A stretch of DNA of 51,188 nt from NCBI GenBank assembly GCA_043228905.1, contig JBHGNT010000216.1, positions 1 to 51,188 on the forward strand, given 5' to 3'. This document shows, one piece after another, positions 43,656 to 51,188 of this stretch (position 1 is the first letter of the stretch; each line of letters opens with the position of its first letter). Under the pieces are notes generated by a model. That model saw only the letters and a program-made list of their open reading frames with translations, was not told the DNA's origin and made no database searches. A program made the translations under genes and the position numbers. Origin of the DNA: Azolla caroliniana. Its lineage: Eukaryota > Plantae > Polypodiophyta.

Positions 43656-44812
43656 TCTTCTTCTAATTGGCTAAGGACATCAAATTTGTTTGCGAGATTC
43701 GGACTATTAGTACTATTAGGACTATTATGACTATGAGGATTATCAGAGATTCCTACTGAAATAGACTCGGGTTTAGTATAGTCAGAACTAACAATGACTT
43801 GGTTTACCTGCCTTCTTGGTCTATGGGGACAGTTTATCGCGATATGCCCTGGTCCACCGCAATAAAGGCATAATCGGTTTGTTCGGCGTCGTTGCTTTTC
43901 CTCCTCCGATAGCGGCCCACGACGACGTGTCGTGTCAATTTCCATTGGAGTTGGAGTACTTACTGGAGGCGCATTATGTGACTCCCTTTGAAAAGGTTTC
44001 GCTACCACTGAGGCATAGGTAGGCTCGGATCTTGCCCTCGGCATCTGAAATTGTCGTTCCGAACGTCGCTCGAAGAGGCGGTTGTCACATCTGACCGCTC
44101 GACTGATTGCTTCTGTTAATGATTTTGGCTCTTCAGGGAAAGTCAAGAGTAAATCCTTGACATCGTTGCGTAGACCATAGCGGAACTGCTCCATCAATGC
44201 TTGATCATCCCAGGGGATATCGGCGGCGAGTAGGCGGAAATCTGCAGCATATGCGGAGGCTGGACGGTCACCTTGGCGTAATCGCCGGATTTTGTTGATT
44301 GCAGTCCTTATGCTGTCAGTATCTCCAAAACATGCTTTAAACTCACTTATGAATTCTTCAAAATTATTTAGTACTGGAGATTCCTTTTCTAGTAGCGGAG
44401 CGAACCATGCTAATGCTGAGCCATTTAACAACGTGCCTACTAAACCCACTCGTGATGCATCGGTGGGATATCGGGACGGATGCATTTGAATAACTAACCG
44501 TACCTGGTTAAGAAACCCTCTAAACTGCGATCGCGTTCCATCGAACTTCGTGGGAAGGCCAATCTTGGGTTCTTTATGAATCCCTTGTGCTCCGTGCCCT
44601 TGTTGTTGCATTGCTACGATGGTTGCTTCGAGTTGTTGCACGCGTAACGCCAGTTCCCCATGCTGTTGTTGCGTTTGCTGCTTTTCTAAGGAAATTTGCT
44701 GAAGATCCCCCAACAAGCGTTGATTTTCTTGTTCCAAAGCATGAAACTTCTCTTTCAAGCATTGAAATTCCGAGAAAACGGATTGATACTCTTCAGCGCT
44801 AACGGTGGCCAT
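43643..44812 (-). CDS. gag: Element H Gag
   Basis: 389 aa, same protein as G Gag. Confidence 0.96.
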   Translation of the reverse strand: MATVSAEEYQSVFSEFQCLKEKFHALEQENQRLLGDLQQISLEKQQTQQQHGELALRVQQLEATIVAMQQQGHGAQGIHKEPKIGLPTKFDGTRSQFRGFLNQVRLVIQMHPSRYPTDASRVGLVGTLLNGSALAWFAPLLEKESPVLNNFEEFISEFKACFGDTDSIRTAINKIRRLRQGDRPASAYAADFRLLAADIPWDDQALMEQFRYGLRNDVKDLLLTFPEEPKSLTEAISRAVRCDNRLFERRSERQFQMPRARSEPTYASVVAKPFQRESHNAPPVSTPTPMEIDTTRRRGPLSEEEKQRRRTNRLCLYCGGPGHIAINCPHRPRRQVNQVIVSSDYTKPESISVGISDNPHSHNSPNSTNSPNLANKFDVLSQLEEELND

Positions 44813-44886
44813 GGGATGAAGGAAAAGGGAAATAAGAGACTAGTAGGAAAGGAGGGAGACAGAAGGAAGAGGGAGACTAGTAGTCA

Positions 44887-44898
44887 AAATCGGTTCAA
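44887..44898 (-). promoter_or_regulatory. Self-priming PBS of H (complementary to 45145-45156)
   Basis: Same arrangement as in G. Confidence 0.8.
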
Positions 44899-44900
44899 AC

Positions 44901-45039
44901 TGTCAGGAACTCTATTAAGGCAGAGAAGGAATTAGTACTAAAAGAAGGATTAGTACTATTGTTGGGGAGTAGTACTAAGACAGAGAAGGATTAGTACTAT
45001 GAGAGGTGTCGAACTTTGAGAGAAGGAATGAGTGAGTGG

Positions 45040-45075
<36 letters not shown>

Positions 45076-45365
45076 TGATGCGAAAGATATATGTATTATA
45101 TGACGGAAGATATACAACAGTAGTTAGAAGGCTTAAGACTGGCGTTGAACCGATTTGGTTCGAACTAATGCCTTGCGCCTCCTTTTATAGTGTCTTCAGG
45201 AATACTCCTGAAGTTTCTAGAATGTTCTAGAGAAATCTGGAATATACATCAATTTCCCAATAAAACCTAAATGAAAATAATATCCTTCAAATTACAATTC
45301 ATAACCTAATGGTAAAGTCTCGACCCGTGTAACAAAAGGTTATGGGTTCGAGTCTAGCTATGACA
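44901..45365 (-). repeat. Element H 5' LTR
   Basis: Direct repeat of 39602-40066. Confidence 0.97.
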
Positions 45366-46705
45366 GCCACTGAGAAGGGAATCGACGCAACTACGGTGGC
45401 GCAGTTGCTAAAGGGATGGAGAATCTGAACATTGCGATGGTGAAGAAGTCGGATGACCGTCCCACAAGTTCCAAGTATATGGACCATCAATGCATATGGT
45501 GCGATAGCACTGAACATGATCGGAGGGATTGCGATGAGCACAAGGAGGCATTACGACGGGATCTTATCTACTACGAGGGAAATTGGATTCATTCGATGGA
45601 CTCTCGAAAGCCACTCCGACCGAACTTCCGGAAAGGCAGCATGAAGAAGATCCTAGAGGAGGAAATAGCGGCGAAGAACAATTACGCGACAACCGCGGGA
45701 ATACGTGTCGGGGAGTCATCGGGATCAAAGGTGTCTTTTTGGCCGGAAGTGCTAGAAAACACCGAGAAAAACGACTCTAATGAGATCCGAAGCACCGCGG
45801 AAGGCAACCGGGAAGCTACGGGATGAGAGTGCCCCGTCGATAAGAATAGCGTGTTTGATTTATGCCAATTGCATGAAGTGTATGTAGATGAGAAGCGATG
45901 GCGCACGGATGAGGCGACCGGTCCATCGAAGACACCGGAAAGCTGGAACTCCGCAGGTAAGGGAAAAGAAGAGATGATTTTGGCATTCAAGCTCGCCTCG
46001 GACATTGAACAACAAACGGACTTGAAAAAGGTGTTCGGGGAGAGAATCCTCGATAGCTGGGTAGATTTTTCGCTTCGAGAATTACTTGGAATAGCGAAGA
46101 AGGAGTTCCATGATCTTCTAGTGGATCTCGTGAAGAGGAAAAGGCAAAGTACGGAGAAGAACGCTCCAAGGGTGAATGCAAATACCGTTCTAATGAATGA
46201 CACCGAATTGGAGGACGAAATACCGAATTCTCACTACACAAAGCCACATTGGGCACGCACAACTACGGAGACTCCGGTCCGAATTGGTAACATCAAAGAA
46301 CCCGTGCTAGCATTGATTGATCACGGATCGGAGATCAACTTGATGTTCAAGGAATTCTACCAGAAGGGTAAGTGGCCTATTAACACGAATCATGGGTGGA
46401 AGATCCGGGCGGCCACTAAAGCAACGGAAGATCTATTTGCGGCTTGTCCGGATGTGACGGTGAAGATCGGGGATGTCGAGATCGACCAAAATTTCTTCGT
46501 ACAAGACAAGGTCTCACACTCCGTGATCCTCGGGCAACCTTTTATCATGGCATCACGGATGGAGACGAAGGTGCTCGATAGCGGTGCGGCTTTTGCATGA
46601 ATTCGGAGCCAAAACGGAGGGAAATCCGTCCAATTCCTAACAGTGCCGACAAATCATGAAAGGAACAAGACAAAGCTCTTGTCCCAAACAAGAATGGATT
46701 TTTAG
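45366..46705 (+). pseudogene. gag-pro: Element I ORF1: gag C-part plus aspartic protease (two in-frame TGA stops)
   Basis: CIWCDSTEHDRRDC knuckle; LALIDHGSEIN and VILGQPF protease motifs; frame ends ...RMDF-TAG at 46705. Confidence 0.85.
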
Positions 46706-49700
46706 AGCGGATTGTTGCAGAGTGAGGAAGTGATAGTCCGAGAAGCCCTGATACCCCACACAGGAAGAAACCTCTCGGTGCAAAACAAGTACGAATTGGT
46801 CCGGATGGGGCATCCACGTACACGGCCATAACCGGAGGAATGAAGAAAGAATACTGAAAAGTAGAGGATAAGTGACGGTCAACATCAATAATAAAAGAAG
46901 ACGAAGAAATCGTGGGAATAGTCGAAGAGGTGTTCTATGGGAGCACACTACAACGGCTTGAAGACCTCGCGGAAGATACAAGCCAGGGAAACCGGGTAAT
47001 TCCGGTGGAGTCGGTCGAGATGTACGAGATCATTGTGAAAATGGGGCCAGATGCGCTCCACAAAGAAGAAGCAATGGTAAGTACGAAATACAAGACCATG
47101 GAGAAGAAAGTGAAACCGGTCGCGGGACCGTTACCCGCAGATAGCGAACAAAAGAGGAAAGAAGTCTCGGGGGATCCGACCCTTCGGAAGTCCATGGATA
47201 TCGGACATGCCTTCACGGATGAGACCCGGAAGAAACTTCGGATCGGTGGAGGTGGGTTCCTATCAAAGAATGAAGAAGAACGATTCCGTGGGATGCTAGA
47301 GCGACATGGGAGAGCATTTGCATTTACATCGAAAGAAATAGGATGCGCTGACCCGAAGATAGTAGAGCCGATGGTGATCTTCACGATTGACCATGTGCCG
47401 TGGAACTTGAAGCCGATTCCGGTGCCACGGGCGCATATTCCGAAAATCATCGACTTGCTCAAGGAGAAGGTGGCGATGGGGATTCTAGAGCCATCAAATG
47501 CTCCGTACTCAAATCGATGGTTTACGGTTCCGAAGAAGAATGGATCACTCTGATTTATTCAAGATTTGCAACCGGTGAACAAGGTCACGATCCGGAACTC
47601 CGGAGTCGGTCCGATAGTGGACGAATTTGCAGAAGCATTTGCCGGTCACGCGATATACTCCATCGGAGACCTATATTCAGGATATGACCAATTCCAACTA
47701 GCCGTGGAGAGCCTAGACATCACTACCATGCGGACCCCAATAGGATTAGTCTGGATGTGTACACTACCACAAGGCGCGACGAACTCAGTCGCACATATGA
47801 TGAATGCGATGAACAAGGTGCTCCGGGATTGCATACCGGAGATAACGATGCCGTTCCTCGATGACATTCCGATGAAAGGGTGTGCGGTGGAAGGAAATGA
47901 TGAAGCTATGGATGACCGGGGATGCCGAAGGTTCGTAGTTAACCATATCCGTGATTGTGAGAAAGTGTTATGGAAGTTAGAAGATGTGCATCTAACACTT
48001 TCCGGAGAGAAATCAACATTCGGACAAGAAGAAATATTGGTAGTCGGACATCTATGTGGGCCCTACCGCCGAAGACCGTCACGAACCAAGATCGATGCGA
48101 TTCAAGCTATGAAAGAAGTATGCGAGTCACAATCCGAAGTCCGAAGGTTTCTTGGAGCATGTGCATTCTATCACATATGGATTCCGCACTACGCACATAT
48201 TGTGGACCCGCTCTATCACTTGTTGCGGAAGGGGAAGAAGTTCGAATGGAAACCGGAGCATACCAAAGCCGTGAAGCAGCTCAAGAAATCACTACGGAGG
48301 GCGGAAGCACTAAAGAAGCCGAACTATGACCAACCGATCATAGTAACGGTTGACACAAGTCCAACCAGAATCGGATGGGTCATCAATCAAGCCGATCCGG
48401 AAGGTTCGCGATATCCGATCCGATTCGGAGCAAAGGTTCTCAACGAAAGGCAACGCGGATATGCACAAGTTAAAAGAGAATTATGGGGAGTCGTGTCGGC
48501 AATCAAATCGGATCGAGATTATTTGATCGGAGCCAAAGTAGTGATCGAAACGGATTGTCTTCCGATACTCGGGATGATGCGGTGTTGCACGATACCGGAT
48601 GTGGCTATGTTAAGATGGATTGCATATGTTAAGTCACTTAATCCGGAGGTAAGACACATCTCCGGAAAAGACAACGCTATAGCGCATATGCTATCAAGGG
48701 CGCGGTTCGGAGATGACATAACCGAATCCGATAATGAAGAAGTTTCCGAAGACTACTTTGCTTCGGAGCACATATGCCGGGTGGACGTAATCCAAGAATT
48801 CCGGGAAGAAGAATACGAGGGAGAAATCTTGTTGATCGGGAAAATGCTACGAGAAATCAAGGAATCATCGGACAATAAAGAGAAGAGAGCCGAGATCCGA
48901 AGTAAGAAACGGCAAGTCCGAAAGTTCTTGTTGAAAAATGGATTTTTATGGAGGGAGCCAAAAAGACCGGATGGCATACCACTTCGAGTAGTCGGGATGA
49001 AAGAGCAACGAAACCGGATAATGTCCGAATTTCACGAATCCGATTGGGCTGGACATCGGGGAACATGGGCAACATTTGGGAAGATCAAGCAAAGATATTG
49101 GTGGAAGAATATGTACAAAGATGTCGCGGAGTTCACGGAAAGCTGCGAGAAGTGTCAAATCTACTCCGGAGTTCAACACCGAGATGAGTTACATCCGATA
49201 TTCTCGTCAACAATCAACTTCAAATGGATGGTCGACATTGTAGCCATGCCAACCGGGATTGGACAAAAGAAGTACTTGGTGTTAGCTCCGGAACATCTCA
49301 CAAATCAAGTAGAAGGTCGGGCGCTACGGAGAAAAACGTGTTCTACGGTATGCCAATTCCTTTTGGAAGAAGTGTTTTGCAGGTACGGGTGCATAGGACA
49401 AGTGGTTGCGGATCGGGGAGAACTTGACTTTGATAAAGCTAGGGGATTCTTCGCCAAACATGGAGTTCGGTTAACACTAACAACGGCATACAATCCGGAA
49501 GCCAACGGGAAGGTCGAGCGAGGACATAGTCCGATCATCAAAGCACTTGCCAAAGCATGCGATGGAAGGGTGATTGATTGGCTGCAGATGCTTCCGTATG
49601 CACTATGGGCGGATCGGACGACGCATAGCTCCGTAACCGGTTACATGCCGCCAGAATTTATGACAGGACAAGCACCGGTAATGCCGACGGAAACCGCAAT

Positions 49701-49761
49701 CGCGACATGGACAATGCTACCATGGAAGGCAGGGATGAGTCGGGAAGAGACATATTTGTAA
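46696..49761 (+). pseudogene. pol: Element I ORF2: RT-RNase H-integrase (-1 frame; TGA stops in the 5' part; 3'-truncated)
   Basis: DLYSGYDQF, LPQGATNS, FLDD, VDTS, ETDC, H...H...CEKC, VADRG and NPEANGKVERG motifs. Confidence 0.9.
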
Positions 49762-50347
49762 ATAGAAGAAAGTATAAAATTATATATTACATGCATAGGG
49801 CAAGATTCGAACCTTGCACTCCATGTTAATAATGTTAAGCCTTATCATTATACTAGCGTATTATGAATTTTAAAGTTAATACTAAACTTTATCCCATGTA
49901 AAGTTTCTAGACATGCATGGTACAAAAAGTTATTCATGCATAGACACTCGAGTTAAAAGAAAAGATGAGATAGAAAGCTAATCATGCACATGTAGTGTGC
50001 ATGAAAACTAAAGATAGGAAAAACATGATGCTTGCATGTGATAAACTTAGACTCTTCCAACACTATATAAGGAAGAGAGAAAGATGTATAGAGGTTGTTG
50101 ATTATTTTACAAGGGTTGATTAATATAATATAATCGTGGGATCCACGAATTTGCTAACTATTTTTCTCTCTTAATTTGAGTACTCACTAATACACCATAC
50201 TCATGGGATTCACGAGTTTTTCATATCTTTCTTTCTTACAATATATTTCACATTCTTAATTGCCTTAGAATTTTCTTTCCTCCTAGTCCAAAACCCCAGT
50301 GGTTCCCACCCGACTCACGCAACGATCCGGAGCCGAAAGGCACGACA
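49744..50347 (+). repeat. Element I 3' LTR (5'-truncated)
   Basis: Matches 39183-39418 and ends in ggcacgaca like the B LTR. Confidence 0.87.
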
Positions 50348-51188
50348 ACGTATGAAATGTCGTTTTCGGAACATCATCCTCACTTATACGAATTTGATGG
50401 TAGCCAGTACGGAGATCAAGTTTCATAAAATACCAAACTCCCTGGAGACGGTCAATTAGATCGTTAGCCCGGGGCAATGGATACGAATTCTTCATCGTCA
50501 CTTTATTTAAGCGTTGGTAATTAATACACATACGCCATGTGCCCTCTTTCTTTTTAACCAAGAGAACTAGTGCACCCCATGGAGATTTACGATAACGTAT
50601 ATAACCCATTCGTAAATAGTCCTTGAGTTGCTTAGATACCTCATCCTCTTCGGATCGACTTAAGCGATAAGGAGGTATACTTATTGGTGCAACGCCAAGT
50701 ACAATATCTATACGATGGTCTATATTACGTTTAGGAGGTAACCCATATGGTAGTTCACTCGGAAAAACATCACGAAAATCATTTAAGATTTCATCAAGTT
50801 GTTGTTGTTCAAAATATGTTAATTGAACCGAGACATTATCGATATTGTAAACGTGAATGTCTGTATCAAGTACACAATAAAATAGAGTAGAACAAGACAA
50901 CACGTATATTGATGGAGAGAAACCATCGAGAGGGATTGTTTTTTTACACATTGAATAAAATGAATAAGTACAAAAGTTATTGAATGATGAATCCAATCAA
51001 TAGATAAAGAAGAGCTTTTATTATAGAACCAAGGATAACCCAGTATTACATCAGTGGTACAAAGATTCATTACATGGAAGTCTACTTCCTCTATATAAGT
51101 ATCAATAAAAATTCCTAATGAATGAATCACCCCGTTGATGTATTGTACTCTTCCATCTGCCAAGTGCACCGTATAGGTGTGATCACTT
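50348..51188 (-). pseudogene. pol: Element F pol: protease C-part and RT N-part
   Basis: [18 protein letters not shown] and [12 protein letters not shown]; aligns with E 24355-25190. Confidence 0.9.

Larger units (their letters stand above)
39602..45365 (-). mobile_element. Element H: intact Tcn1-like chromovirus with identical LTRs
   Basis: 465-bp LTRs at 39602-40066 and 44901-45365 with no difference seen; TSD GCCAC at 39597-39601 and 45366-45370. Confidence 0.98.
38896..50347 (+). mobile_element. Element I: non-chromovirus Gypsy of the B family with two internal deletions; hosts H
   Basis: TGTCAT...ACGACA ends; 4-bp TSD gcgt/acgt (38892-38895, 50348-50351) restores the F RT frame; LTR overlap 39183-39418 resembles 49744-49979. 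Confidence 0.87.
35316..51188 (-). mobile_element. Element F: decayed Gypsy chromovirus (E family); 5' part lies beyond the window
   Basis: 3' LTR 35316-35770, PPT 35771-35783, and pol pieces colinear with E across two insertions. Confidence 0.9.

Noticed and set aside
28187-45365. G and H as a segmental duplication or assembly repeat
   Set aside because: Flanks beyond the TSD belong to different hosts, and each copy has its own LTR-pair-specific variants.
1-51188. Host genes, env-like ORFs or prokaryotic defence systems
   Set aside because: Every long ORF maps to gag/pol or its antisense shadow; nothing else is supportable from the sequence.

Overview
This window is eukaryotic, gene-free heterochromatin made entirely of nested transposons. 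The Tcn1-type chromoviruses and the overall element mix suggest a moss such as Physcomitrium; that is an inference. I resolved about 11 insertions, most with their target-site duplications (TSDs). Nest 1: a Copia gag relic (35061-35315) contains Copia X (1-35060), whose LTR is split by a decayed Tcn1-like chromovirus A (674-34977, TSD CCTAT). A in turn holds four insertions: a tRNA-Trp-primed Gypsy mosaic B (2531-12741, itself holding Copia C at 3588-10517), a very young Tnt1/Tork-like Copia D (13269-18678), a tRNA-Met chromovirus E (20331-27268) and a young Tcn1-like copy G (28187-33954). Nest 2: chromovirus F (35316 to the window end) contains a 690-bp TIR element (37724-38413) and a B-family Gypsy I (38896-50347), which holds an intact Tcn1-like copy H (39602-45365). 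The most notable signals are: a self-priming PBS and a G_UUA_AAC/pseudoknot -1 frameshift in the Tcn1-like family; the same GCCAC TSD at two independent young insertions; a tRNA-like A/B-box module shared by the LTRs of two unrelated Gypsy lineages; a frameshift placed between protease and RT in the Trp-primed family; a CATAG-terminated, 8-bp-TSD (P-like or hAT) element; and an apparently perfect in-frame 1032-bp RT-RNase H duplication. All comparisons were made by eye and lineage names need database confirmation.
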